DNA of 62,611 bases, filler included, from Rhabdomonas costata (GCA_019059605.1; 22 parts of 22 records of this genome joined end to end with filler, not necessarily neighbours in it); one strand, 5' to 3'; positions 13,131 through 25,975 are shown, counted from the whole stretch's first letter. Translations and numbers: made by a program. The notes: generated by a model from the sequence alone, not told the origin.

Positions 13131-14275
13131 TTGTGACCTCTTTCAGGGCTTTGCCCTTTGTCTCGTCTTAGTACTCTACGATCATTTGTGAAGTGGCACC
13201 GAGGAAGTGTTGTTGCTCTCATCCTCGGCAGTTTTGAATGAGCTCATTGCCATCATTGTGGGTTGCACTGCTGGCACTGGGGGCGGTGCAGGTGGTACTT
13301 CTTCTTCTGCTGCTGCTGCAATGGAAAGGATCCGCTGCTGCGGCTGCGAACCTGCGCAGGCCCCCGTGCACCTCTCTCGGGTGATATCTGCACGTCTTGC
13401 AACCCAACCCCATTCACACATTCTTACCCCTCTCCCAGGGTTCAGGTCATTCACTGTTGGAGTTGGAAGGTTTTGGTGTTGAAACGTCTAGCAACGGTGA
13501 CATACATCTACCGGGACGTCGCAAGATCGCTCCTCGCTCCCACGTTGTGGCATCGGTTAAATGAGGTTTAGGTGAAGCTTTTGGTGCCCAACGCAGTTTC
13601 TTTTTGCGTCCCATAATGCAAGGTTCTTTTTTTTACTCCCCGTGCCAGTCGCGAGTTTTGGATCACAGATTGATCATATTGAAACTCTGAAAAATTAAAA
13701 AGACGAGCTACTGATGAGCACGTGCGGGGCATTGGTGTGGTCTATCTGGAAGGCAAGTTGCTTGCTGTGTTTTCTTTGTGGAGAGCGTTTATCGGTCATT
13801 CAGTCAGTTCGCGCTCAGATATCTCCTGGGGATTCTGGGAGATTGCGGCCATTTCCAAATTCGATAAAACGCATGCTCGTTTAAAAAAAGGACCGAATGT
13901 TCAGCTGATCTCTCAAGGACACTGCAGGTGCTGCGATCGCAGCAGGCGGCCCACGGCCGCATTTTGGGACAGCTTGAAGGTTTTTTGAGCTCGCTCGTCT
14001 CCTCCTCCTCCTCCTCCTCCTCCTTTGGGTGTGTGTGATGTGCACAAACCAGTTTTGCTAAAAAAAAATGTGCCATGGATCGGCCCATTCGATTAGATTG
14101 CGCCCTGGGTTTTCATTGGCAGCTTCGTCCGCAAAAACAATGTCTGCTTTTGCAACCACCACCCCACCNNNNNNNNNNNNNNNNNNNNNNNNNNNNNNNN
14201 NNNNNNNNNNNNTTAATTAATTAANNNNNNNNNNNNNNNNNNNNNNNNNNNNNNNNNNNNNNNNNNNNTTTGTTG

Positions 14276-14435
14276 TGTTTCGAATTGACTGACATGAAAT
14301 TTCAGTGGTGCGTGCTTGTGGGTGAAACATCAGAGTTCATCTATCCTGACAGATCGGATTGCCAGGATAGATGAACTCTGATGTTTCACCCACAAGCACG
14401 CACCACTGAAATTTCATGTCAGTCAATTCGAAACA
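14276..14435. repeat. Contig-end fold-back inverted repeat (probable amplification artefact)
   Basis: Arms 14276-14348 and 14363-14435 are exact reverse complements and begin at the contig edge. Confidence 0.85.
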
Positions 14436-14616
14436 TTACAAATTCAGACAGTGTCCAGCGTTCAGTGCTGGTGCTGATAAGCAGTGTTCGCCACTCAACG
14501 CACATCACCGCAACTCAGGCTTGAATGATGTGCTTGTAGGATACCAAACAAACGCAGCTCTGGTCTGCGCTCAAGTGTTGGGTTTCGATCGGGAACCTTG
14601 TAGAGAGACCACGCAC

Positions 14617-14940
14617 CTTAGAGACGATGAAGTTGAGCTTGCGAAACACTTTGCGCTCCATGGTGTTCCAGTTGTACACTTTCTGGGTCACACTCTGGGT
14701 GCCACTGTAATTGTGCAGCTCAACAATTTTGGGAAAGAAGTGGTGAGCCAGCTCAGCCATGAGAACACCTGTGGATCAAAAGCAACTTCCCTCCCAGCTT
14801 CAAAGTTGACAACAAAAACTTCGGTCGCAAGAAAAAATAACCAAACCATCTGAAAAGTCTCGAGCAATGTTTCGCTTCGGACGAGAGAAGGGAACCTCGT
14901 CGACCCACTGATACAAGGACTGCAGCTCAAGTTCATCCAT
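14617..14940 (-). CDS. SPEF1: SPEF1/CLAMP-like flagellar calponin-homology protein, first 2 exons
   Basis: Exons 14940-14847 and 14768-14617 (GT-AG) give MDELELQSLYQWVDEVPFSRPKRNIARDFSDGVLMAELAHHFFPKIVELHNYS..SVTQKVYNWNTMERKVFRKL, the canonical SPEF1 CH signature. Confidence 0.93.
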
Positions 14941-16923
14941 TTCTCCAGAACAAGACGTCAAAAAACAATGGAATGAGAAAGCACCAACTGTGCCAAATGA
15001 TTCAATTGAGTTGACACAGTTGAAATCAACCACAAATATTTGACAGTCCGCACGCTTCCGAGTGACAAAGTCACCCCATCTCTTGTTGCAACATCCACTC
15101 TGGGAGTCTATTGCACCAATTACCGGGGTATCACAAACTCGCATAAAGGAGGTCATTCGATTTTAACACATCACAAAAGAAGAAAACGCTATGGAGGGAG
15201 AAGGGGAGGCGTGCACTTTCATCAAACACGGATATCGCTGCGCGGGCCCAGGATGTTTTGTGGAAAAAACAGCCCCTCCGAAAACGTGACCGGTCCTTGA
15301 TCTCAAAATTTTCTGACCTTTTGCACCTTTTATGTTAGTCGGTGAACCGGTTAACGCGAACAAGGTCTTTGACGAAAGAGATAAACATCGTCGCGGAGTC
15401 TATTTGGGAAGGTCCACCCTCTTAAAACTGTCGGGCAAGCGGGAGACCGACAAGAAGTCCACGACTCCATGATGACAGGAACATAGGCAATCTTGAACTA
15501 GCCACCACTGACTGGTGGAATCAGGGCCACTTCATCGTTGTCCCTCAGAACAACCGTTTGCTCCTTCCCCCTGTGCACATACTCCTGAAACGACAAATAC
15601 CACAAGAGGCCAAAGTGAGCAGCATACTATGTAATGAAAATGCACGCCACAGGATGGTATGTGTTCCAAGAGACAGCATCGGGTCCACGACGCTCAGTGG
15701 TCGCCAGCAAGGGGTTCCCAGCCCACTCTATCAAATTTTGGATTCAGTCTGTCTGCATTGCGCGTGACGGACCACCGCTGGAGTCGAAAATCGAGGCAGC
15801 CTTCTGTCTGGTGGGGGTGGTCGAGGGGGGTTTGTGAAGTTATCTGCAACCATAGAATGGCAAAGGGTCGTTCAATTTTTCCAAGAGATGGCCGAGGTTA
15901 AATCTAAAAATCACTAACGCCCCTAATCGTGGATAATCGCTCCAACCGGGAGGGAACGCTATTTTCGCCGCGCCCATCAGCAACATCTACGCACCTGGGG
16001 GGGGAGGGAGTCCAGATCGAATCTGCAGTTTATTGGGGTAAAAAATTTTCCTAGGAACACAGACCGTCCAGGTCTTGCCACGCAAATCGCCTCCAAAACG
16101 CCTGCACTGCAAACTCCTAACCGCCCCTAAATGTAATATAGGAGTCCCACGGGGAAAGTGAATGGATTCTCAACCAATGGTGTCTTGCTGAAAGGACTCG
16201 GCCCTCTACAAATCAATAGAATAGTTCCACGCCGCGCTCCGCAGATATGCCACTTAAGAGGGGGGGGGGAACCATATGGGGCCCCATAAGCTTGTCATCA
16301 AGTGTGTAAACAAGTTTGCGTTGCCGCACAAACAGGGTGCCAACCAAACCGTGACAAAGACAAGGACGAATTTAAACTACCGTTGGACACTTGCAAAAAG
16401 GCGCAATCAGCGCCAAACTGTAACGGCTCAAAACAGGATTGGGCATCTCCGTGCAATAAGCCAGACAGCGCGCGGTTTTTGCCAGGGACATCTTTTTCTT
16501 TTCATCCATCTTTCGGGGCCCTGCTTTTTCTTTCCGCCCTCTCTGTCGCTCCTAAAATCCAAATCAGCGCCAAATTAGGTCTGAAACCTGATTCACAGCC
16601 ACCATCGCGGTTTTCATCACAGCCTCCAAAGCAGGATGCAGGCGGACAAGAGCTGCGGTCAACTCCGAAACACTATTTCCTGCATGCAAATGAGAATGCG
16701 GTTCCCGACGAGTGTCCTACATTTAAATAAAAAACTGCTGTTTGCTCCCCAATCATTCCACCCACCAGATTATTTCGTTCTTTGATGCCCTTTCCCTCCC
16801 CATGGGTAAAAACTTGGCCTTATCCCCTCGTGCCGAACCCTAGAAAGCCCTTTTTGTGTGATGATTCCACTTCACTTAAGAGCAAACTTATCTTCCAGTT
16901 GGCTCGTTTAGTCTGCGAGCAAT

Positions 16924-17019
16924 TTTTGGTCAATAAACAGAAACGGGGTGACCGCACTGACGTCGGTTGATACCGGAAGGGGAGGGGGGTCACCCCGTTT
17001 CTGTTTATTGACCCAAAAA
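16924..17019. repeat. Contig-end fold-back inverted repeat
   Basis: ggtcaataaacagaaacggggtgacc ... ggtcaccccgtttctgtttattgacc, ending at the contig edge. Confidence 0.8.
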
Positions 17020-18372
17020 CCNNNNNNNNNNNNNNNNNNNNNNNNNNNNNNNNNNNNNNNNNNNNTTAATTAATTAANNNNNNNNNNNNNNNNNNNNNNN
17101 NNNNNNNNNNNNNNNNNNNNNTTGGTTTTGGGTTTATTAAAAATGCAAGTGTACCGCTGAAATTTGTCGGAAATTTCCTACCGTGTTTTCCAAATTAATC
17201 ATCAGGCATTAGAATCAATCTCCATCAAAGCTTTTACTTTTCTGAGAGTTTTCCAATGCTTTACTTGTAAATTCCCTCTTGGCTTTCTTTTACCTCTTTC
17301 TGAGCGTCCAAATCCCAACCGCCAACCGACGTCTCGGAATCAGGCGGCGTTTTCTTTTCCTGTTAGTCACTTCTCCTTCTTTCGATCTTCCTGTGTTGAA
17401 CTTACCGTGTGAACTGTGATTTCCTACCGGTGGAATCTTCCACCGATGATTCTTCACTTCAGTGGAAGAGAGAAAGCAAACTGAGATCATACCCAGAAGA
17501 AGTTCTCGAGGTGGGTTTGTTAACTAAAATCAAAAGGGTAAAAATCCAGAGTAGATCCGGGAGACCGGACTCTAACACCGCCCTACCCCGTGCGTAGATC
17601 TAGATGTACAGTGTTCCCCCGACGCCAACGCTTTTCCTTCCGTCAAGTCTCTCGCTCCTTTCCCCTCTCTGTCATCACGTCGCTCTCTGTCCTCTTCTTC
17701 TCTTCATCCCCTCGTTGAACCCTTTTCTTTCCAATCGTTCGATTATTGTCCATCCTTCTTCCGTGTGAGTATGCTTCTCGTGACTCCACTTTCTTCCTCT
17801 TTGTGTGTCCCCTCCACCGTCGCGTTGTTTCGTTTTCCTCCTCTCTTTCTCTTCCCTTTCTCTTCTCCATTCTCCAGCTCCAGTTCCGTTCCACTTTTCT
17901 GATTTCTGTGTCTTTGCAACTGAACTGTTGTGACGCAGTTGAATTATTGTTCAAAAAAATCCCGATACAATCAGAGAAATTTTCGACGTTCTTTACTCAT
18001 TTGGTTTCCCAACAAACTACTACAATTGCACTCTTCACTTTCTCACCCATTTGTCTGTTGTTTTTAATTCACACAGATCCTTTGTTTCCTTTCTTTTTTT
18101 GCAAACTGTCTGATTTCTGCCGAACACCGCCGTTGCAAAACTCCTGTGGCTTTGCGATAAATTCGACCTGGCTTGTCATCATCGTTTTCCTTTTTAACAT
18201 GACAATCAACTTTTGCTTTTACAGTCACATGATACGTTCTTTTTTTGAAACAAACTTTATAGTACTCCTTTGGATTTGTCTCTTGACGATGCTGCTTTTC
18301 TTTGACCCAGGGCCGCAGATCTAGGTATTGACGGGAGAGAAGATTTGCGGACATTTTTTGTTCTGCATGTAT

Positions 18373-18494
18373 ATGGGGTATTATAGCCATTATACTACAA
18401 TATCATTATACTATATTATCATTATTCTATAATATCATTTTTTTAATGATATTATAGAAAAAATACCATTACAAGGCCGGCTATAATACCCCAT
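18373..18494. mobile_element. Short AT-rich MITE-like fold-back element
   Basis: 16-bp terminal inverted repeats atggggtattatagcc / ggctataataccccat enclose a second 15-bp hairpin (18425-18439 / 18445-18459). Internal to the contig. Confidence 0.5.
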
Positions 18495-19452
18495 TATACG
18501 GCCCCCGAGTATAATTTCCCCCAAGTGATGGATAGACCTGTCCATGCGAGAATCACGATAGCATTTTCTGTTGACTTTGGCATAAAGCCGCAGAAACTGC
18601 GCGCGAACCACCCAAGTTGTCAAATTTCACTCGCAATTTGATGGCGAGACCAGCGCATATGGGGAAGGACATGTGCATCATCATTTACAAACCTGCACTG
18701 TCTCAGGAAGGGGCGAATTTAGCAGCATTTGCACAAGAATTTAGCGGATGACCAGAAGACGATGAGGCGACTGGCACAAACCGTTCCACAGACGTGCACC
18801 AACACCGGGGAGGGTTGTAATTTTGCCATAATACAAGTAATAAGTGTTATCCGAGTAATACGATAACACACACATCTACGCATGAAAAATAAATGTATTA
18901 CACATACTACTTGTGAAACGAGAACAATACCATACGTTTCCCTATTTTATTTTTCCAAATTCGCAGCTTCCTGTGTTGTCATGGGGATCAAGAGAAAGTT
19001 CTCCAATTCCCGGATTTTTTTACATCCCCAAAATGCGAACCATAAAAATTTTTTAAAAATTTTTTTAATATTACGATGGTTATGAAAATGCTTTTGGTTC
19101 ATTTCTCGGGGGATGTTTCCCGTCATTTCGATAAAATTAACCCTAATATTTGTAAACATTGAGATCCAAAGGTTGGTTCTTTTTTTGGTTCACCTCTCTC
19201 TTCCTTTTTCTGTCAGCAACCGTACCTTTGCAGCATTGCAGTTTTGTTTCATCCCTTGGTCTTCTTCTCGATGGCTTACCTCCTTCCTTGGGCTATCGCA
19301 AGAGAATTCCGAGAGAATTCACGGAATTCACGAAAAGACACACACCCGTTGGTGTGAAAGTAATTTCAATCGTTCACAAGGACTCGCGGGCAAGTCTTTG
19401 CACAGAAGAGGTTAAAAACAGCGCAATAATATATATAAATGGCGGTGCAGGA

Positions 19453-19827
19453 CTAGCTCTTGAACTTCTTTGCGTGAAGGGACATATGCCCCCTTTGAAT
19501 GCCCTCCGTGGCCAGTGCCCGGATCGCAGCCAGGTTCTGTGCCAGTCCCACGGCCGCCATAATCTCCCCAAGCTCCCGAGCGTTCCGAATTCCCATGAGT
19601 TTCAGACAGGCCTGAGCTGTAGGATGGTGCTTTGTGGAGCCCCCTACAATTCCAATGGCCATCGGAAGCTCAATAGATCCCACCAGATTCCCAGCCTTAT
19701 CCTTGCCCCAGGTGGTCAACGAGGTGTAAAGCCCAGAGCGCGCTGCATAGGCGTGAGCGCCTGCCTCAATGGCGCGCCAGTCATTGCCCGTGGCAATCAC
19801 CACGGAGTCGATGCCGTTCATGATACC
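19453..19827 (-). CDS. Class II (prokaryote-type, MvaA-like) HMG-CoA reductase, last exon
   Basis: Acceptor ttcccttccacag at 19828-19829, then [37 protein letters not shown]...[19 protein letters not shown]...[37 protein letters not shown]. These are class II HMGR signatures, including the catalytic His of GHM.LH. Confidence 0.93.
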   Translation of the reverse strand, partial: GIMNGIDSVVIATGNDWRAIEAGAHAYAARSGLYTSLTTWGKDKAGNLVGSIELPMAIGIVGGSTKHHPTAQACLKLMGIRNARELGEIMAAVGLAQNLAAIRALATEGIQRGHMSLHAKKFKS

Positions 19828-21698
19828 CTGTGGAAGGGAATTAGACCAGCTCTCTGATTTCTACAGCCCCAACAAANNNNNNNNNNNNNNNNNNNNNNNN
19901 NNNNNNNNNNNNNNNNNNNNTTAATTAATTAANNNNNNNNNNNNNNNNNNNNNNNNNNNNNNNNNNNNNNNNNNNNGTGTTTTGTTTCCAATTGTCAATT
20001 CCATGTTACAATTCCGATATTTTGATAGAAGGCGAAAGTGAAAATGATACATAACATTTTCATGTTCTATAATATGTTGGTTACCAGAGTGTGGATTTTT
20101 CAACTTAGAGGATAAACCATCATTTAGACGTGTACAACACTGAAATAGAAGCTTTGGGCTACAGTGATGTTGAATTTGTTTTGACCCAAGAGGTGTGTTC
20201 ATATGCAAATACACCGTGTGGTGTGATATCCAACGTTCTGGTAAATGATGGTACCGATAAAGCAAGGCTGATGCTGGTGAAGCTTTTCTGTACGGAGGTG
20301 ATCCGCACGTTTGCTTTGCGTCAGTGTATGATTCATTTGATACTTTCGGTTTTGTGCTTTTTCTTCAGTCCTGCAATAAAATGGAAGATTAGGCTATGAA
20401 GCAAAGACGTCATGACGTAAGGACAATAAACCCGAAGAACGCCGTCATTTTGAGCACTTGGTAGACGGCAAGTTCACATGCTACAGCGGCCGCTGTGCTT
20501 TATTACAGTTGGTGGTGAATGCCTGCGAGCCGCCACGGTGGCGTTTTTTTGCTGTCCTCTTTTCGTGATTGATTTGTTTTTTGCCAGGTTTTGAATCCTA
20601 GTTAAATTGAAGCAGTATTCATTTGATTAGGAAAATTCCAAGTTTCCTTTGGTAAAGCGGTTTCCACACGCAAGCATCGAGCCAACCACGTGTTTTTCTA
20701 GAGGCCCCTTGCCACGAAGTGATGGGCGGATGAAGCAAAAGCCAAAAATCCCGATGTAAGCGCTGTGGGCCATACCAATTTCTTGTACGCCAGCGTACTA
20801 GGACGTACCAAAGCGTCAAATTTCAGGCCGCATTGCTCATTGTTTTTTGGCGTGCGCCCCATCGTAAAATCTAGTGTTATCTCTTGATGTGCCTGTTTTT
20901 CTGCGGCTGCTCGTCCCGGATTCTGTGCGTGTTTTCCCCGTTTGTTGCTGTGGTAATATCTGGTCTCTGCAAGCGTATTTGCGCAAGACTTGCGGCTCCC
21001 ACGTTTTTTTTGTCTCCTCCACACACCACGTTTTTATGCCATTACCTGCGCCTACGTCCGCCTGTTTCGTGTGGGTGTGTCGGGGTTTGCGTGCAGAATG
21101 GGTTCGGTCTTTGGTGTCATGGTCGACATGATTAGATGTAAGGTTCTGAATCTGAGTGTATGTGTAGAGGTAATGGTTAGGGTTTTGGAGTTTGTGGTGA
21201 GTTCGGAGGTTGGGGTGTGGAATCAGATGGTGATGGTCAGAGGTTGGGGTCAGAGGTGTGAGTAATGAATCGGCTTCATGGCTGAGGGTGATGGTGGATG
21301 GTGAGGGTGACGGTGGAGTGGTATTTGAGTTGGATTCGGATGGTCTGGTGGATTGATGATCTGCGTGAGTGCCGAGGGTCAAGGTCATGGTCTGAGTGAA
21401 GTTCGTGCGTTTCGTGTGTCAGGGTCAGTGTCAGGGTCTTGGGTTCGGTGCGAAGGTCAGTGTCAGGGTCAGTGATGCGAGGGTTTGGATCGTGAGTTGG
21501 AGGGAGGGTCTGGTGTTAGCAATGACGGTGACGGTTGGTGCGTGTATTTTGTGGAGGATGGATTGTGCGTGGGTTTAGAGGATGATCGTGACGTAGGAGC
21601 GACCGTGAGTAAGCAACGGGAAGGATACAATTATGCTTCACGTCGTCGTGTTATCTCGCTACGCTCAATGACACCCCTCCAATCACCACCATATTTTA

Positions 21699-22201
21699 CT
21701 CCCCGACTGACGTCGGTACGTTCACAGGGTCACATTTGTCACATTTACTCGCTACTCTCCTTCATGTTCATCATATTCTGTATATGTTGGTTCGTCACAC
21801 TTGCTCCTTGCTACGCAATGTAGCTCCTGTTCCTGTTTGCGTATGCTGATTGGGGGTGTTGGGATGATGCGTATGTGTGATGCGGTGATGATGGATGCGT
21901 GTTGACCCCGAGAGTATACCAGGTCGTCGTGATATTCACTGCGTTCACATCACTCCTCCTATGAGTTGATGGTTCTCTGTTCCACATCTAAGCGGTTCCA
22001 CTCATCGCTCAAGAAGAAGAAGATGTCTGGATGTTGCTACGCTCCATTCTCTTCTCTCTCTATCGATCACGTGTCGTTCATCGTCTTTCATTCCTTCATT
22101 CTTCTGTTTGTAGTCGCTGCGCTCCTCATCGCGTTGTCATGGTTCGCTCCCCGACTGACGTCGGTACGTTTACAGGGTCACATTCGTCACATTCACTCGC
22201 T
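21699..22201. repeat. Dispersed ~55-bp direct repeat (copies 21699-21753 and 22147-22201)
   Basis: ctccccgactgacgtcggtacgtt(c/t)acagggtcacatt(t/c)gtcacatt(t/c)actcgct, with three C/T differences. Confidence 0.8.
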
Positions 22202-23742
22202 GCGCAGATGTCAGGGGCTGGGTTTAGTGTTGGGTGTAGGCCTTCATTGTTGTGGAGTTCAGTGTTCATTTGACACTTCGTGGTGGTTTTGAGTGGCGTC
22301 TTTTGGTGTGAGTGTGAAAGGGTAGGTCTCTGGGTGTCAAGGTGATTGTGGTTACTGCGTCTGTATTTGGATTTTTGCGTGCTGAGGGTAATAATCAGGG
22401 TGTCATGGTGTTAATGGAGAGTGTCATGCGTGGGCCTCTAGTGGTACGTTTTGTGCGTAGGGTTGATTTCTTGCATCGGTCTTTGTGTTTCTGGGTTCGG
22501 AGGTTGTGATCGTAGGGTGATTTCGATGGTGTTGGTGGGATCTTTGCGTAGGTGTTTTGAGTCGTGGTTGGAGTCACGTTTATGGGTTCAGGGTGTAAGT
22601 TTCTATGCGCAGAGTTACGGTGCGTCTGGTGGGTTGGAGGTATAAGGTTATGATGTAGTGGTTACGGTGGGTTTTGAGGGTGTTTGTGTTTTGAGTTGGT
22701 ATACAACAAAACCCAAACACACCCACCACNNNNNNNNNNNNNNNNNNNNNNNNNNNNNNNNNNNNNNNNNNNNTTAATTAATTAANNNNNNNNNNNNNNN
22801 NNNNNNNNNNNNNNNNNNNNNNNNNNNNNTGTTTTGGGGTGAATACGGAATTGCGATGATGCGCGATTCCCTTGATCTATTGATGAGAGCGCAGGATGGG
22901 TGTTACCGCTCAAGTGGCGTGCTGACGCTTTACTCCCTGTGGCGCTTCTGCCGCACGCTGCCCCCTGCACCTGCAGGCCACTGCAAAGCGCGCCTCGGTG
23001 GACTCGTCGGACACGGACGAGAGCATGGGCCACTCCATGGTGGGAGGATCGCATCCCGATGACTTGGAGGACTTGGTGTGGGAGATCCTGCAGGGCACTC
23101 CCGGCATGGCACCCACCAAGCCTGCACCGGTGTGCACACATCTACACACAAATGAGACTGGAGTCTGTGTTGTGAAGAGGCACAAAGCCGGGGCGAGTGT
23201 GCATCTGCGGTACAGTTGATTATCATGCGCGGTGCGTGTGAGTGCCTCGAAAAACCCGAGGCATGTGAAAAAGCTCCAGAAGAATTTCACGCCGACGGTG
23301 TGTTGATCTGTTGCAGACCTGGAACCCACCCATCCACGCACACACACAGACACAGATTGGTTGGGATGGATTGTCATAACTTTGATGGTCCACCGTGTTC
23401 TGCACCCTGTGCACCCCCGGCTTGCAAACTCACCCTTTCCGGACTCACGCAGCTTCTGGTTGGGGTCGCTGACTCCGGAGCTCAGACACATACATAGCAA
23501 ACCACATAACCACAACACGTAAACCAACATGTGCGCAACTCTGCATCCGTGCAGAATATGTCTTACAACTGAACCAAAGTTCACCAGTTTCTATCGGCGA
23601 AATAAAATATATGACGAACCTGGCCAAAAAATGGTGATCAACTACACCACCTGCGAAACAAAACACAACGTGGTGGGAGTGGTGGGGGTGTTTGTGGCGG
23701 CAAGTGGCGAGCTGTGTGATCAGAATTTGTGTGAACAGTGAC

Positions 23743-24439
23743 CTGCAGTGATGTCTTCTGGTGAAAAATCCGAACGAGGCCCGGCAGCCCGGACCTGAAA
23801 GGAGAGAGAAAAGACCTCACTCCGAGCAACCGCCACACACATCTTCCCGCATACATCTCACCCCAGCAGCTCACCGCAGTTGCACCATCCCCGAAACTCT
23901 AATGCAACACCCGCAACACCCGTTCCCTGGATGAGCACGCCAGCACCATTCAAAGGATGCACACTCAAATCCCCACCTGTTTTGGTGCCCTGACATACGG
24001 CAATGTCTTCCAAAAGCCCCCCCCCCTATGCTAGATTACTGTGTTAACAAACTAAAGAACGCTGCAGCAAACACAGGGTCCAGGGTCCAACATCAGGCGC
24101 ACAGCACAGCAGCACAGCTTTTAATCTAATACAATGTACATCGCCCCAAAAAACAGTACAAATTGCACCAAAAGCATTCCCATTTGAGAAAGAGTTGCAG
24201 GAGCGCATTCATCCTACATACCAGCCTCCTAAGACCCTGGGACTCAAACAAAATATGACACAAATGGTGCCCCCCACAAGCCCGCATCACGGAAGCATAC
24301 ATTCGTTGATGTCAGCGTCGGACTGCCACGGGGGGCGGGGGGCCCCTACTCCTACCGAGCTGCCCGAGGGGACGGAGGCATCCGAGGCCTGTGCGCCTGG
24401 GGCCAAAGTGGAGGAGGACCGGGCCAGGTCATTTCCCAT
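23743..24439 (-). CDS. FYVE zinc-finger protein, N-terminal exons
   Basis: Exons 24439-24301 and 23794-23743 (GT-AG) give MGNDLARS...RPPWQSDADINECPGCRASFGFFTRRHHCR, i.e. the WxxD and RRHHCR motifs. Downstream exons are unresolved. Confidence 0.85.
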
Positions 24440-25064
24440 GCGCAGTGGGGCAGGGGGCGCACCCACTCGCACACACGGATAGAGAGAAGGCTCAGAGTGG
24501 GCTGGGGATGGGGAAGAGAGGGAGAGGAAGAAAGGAGGAGGCTGCACCCTGAAAGACATGCAAAGGAGCTTCCATTGTCGCCATCTTCCTACAAAAGCTG
24601 TACTCAACCTTCCAAACTGGTTTGCGATCCTGGTTGACAAACCCGAACCAAGGCCGCGGCCTTTCCCTGCTTCTGACACCAGATTTTGATCGTTGGTGTC
24701 ATTTCTCATCTGTGTCGCCTCGAAAAGTCACAACTTACAAAGTGCCCAAATCAGGCGTTTTTGGACAAAGCAGCCAGGACTGGTGGTGAAAACCCTGGGT
24801 TCTCGCTGCATATTGGGTGCGCTTGTTTTCTTTTCATTCTTCCTCGGTGTTCTCATCTTTCTTCAAACCGTTGAAATGGCACGGGTCATAAAATTGTGCA
24901 TTGTACTCATAACGGTGTGGAGGGGCAACAAATTATGGACCTTAGTTAATCACTCAGCAAAAAAACGTCCCAAAAACCTGTTGGTAGCTGTTTCGACCGA
25001 AACGAACCCGAAAAAAAATTGGAATGAACAAGAACAATGCCTTTTACGAAATTATCACGGTTTA

Positions 25065-25581
25065 TCACAGCTTTGTCCAGATGTAAAAGTAGTACGCCAA
25101 GATTCCCCCGTCTCCCAGTACGTGCAGCTGGAGGTCCCATTGCGGGTGCTCCGGGCAGCGGTCCTGGAAGCGAAGAGGCTCAAAGTACCTTTTCCGCATG
25201 TGAGGCTGTCCAAACGAGATCTGAATGTATTTCCCGTTGGGCTTCAACACCCGGCGTATCTGTCCGCAGCGAGAGAAAATATATCAGGGAAGGATGTAAG
25301 AACCCAAATCAGCAGAAAAACTACGGTGATTATTTATATCAAAAAATTACGAAATAACTAAGCCACATTCTCCCCCATACAGCACATTTCATTTTTATCA
25401 ATTCTTTCACACACCTGACCAGAAATCAAATATTTTCCTTGTTTCTTAACAGAGCTATTCTGAATCAGGAGCGAAAATGTTAGAGGTGCTCTGAAGAGAG
25501 ACACAAACGCACTCCGCGCCAGCGCAGCTCTACCTCAGCAATCATTTGGGTGACCTTGGGCTCTGGAGGATCTCCGTACAC
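25065..25581 (-). CDS. Class I SAM-dependent methyltransferase (EEF1AKMT4/METTL13-like), last 2 exons
   Basis: Exons 25581-25534 and 25259-25065 give ..VTQMIAEIRRVLKPNGKYIQISFGQPHMRKRYF...YYFYIWTKL*. The RVLKP.G...ISFGQPH.R and terminal YFY motifs are typical of this family. Confidence 0.82.
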
Positions 25582-25697
25582 NNNNNNNNNNNNNNNNNNN
25601 NNNNNNNNNNNNNNNNNNNNNNNNNTTAATTAATTAANNNNNNNNNNNNNNNNNNNNNNNNNNNNNNNNNNNNNNNNNNNNGGTGTTTTCGAGTACC

Positions 25698-25975
25698 ATG
25701 AGTTACCTCTAAGTGTGGTCTCCGAAATGTGTCAGACTGCATGCAGAGACATGGACATCAAAATACTAACTTTAACCACGTAACATCCACACACTAGTGG
25801 ACAAGTTGAACTGAATAATTAGACGTAAAAGAATACTTCAGATCCAAATACCTAGAGTTACATGGGTTCATAATACACAGTTGTAATAAATGATCATTAA
25901 CAGCGCTACAATCGCAAATAATGAGATTATTCCATACTACATTAACTACAAATTACACAATGTTCTCTTTGGTGA
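25698..25975 (+). pseudogene. Decayed LTR-retrotransposon (Ty3/Gypsy-like) integrase core remnant
   Basis: ELPLSVVSE..QTACRDMDIKILTLTT*HPHTSGQVELNN*T*K resembles the rve motif P..I.SD..F..C...GI....T.YHPQ.NGQVER.N.T.K. Several in-frame stops. Confidence 0.6.

Noticed and set aside
17643-18324. 192-aa hydrophobic ORF and its Lys/Glu/Arg-rich antisense ORF
   Set aside because: They arise from a pyrimidine-rich low-complexity tract. No domain or splice support.
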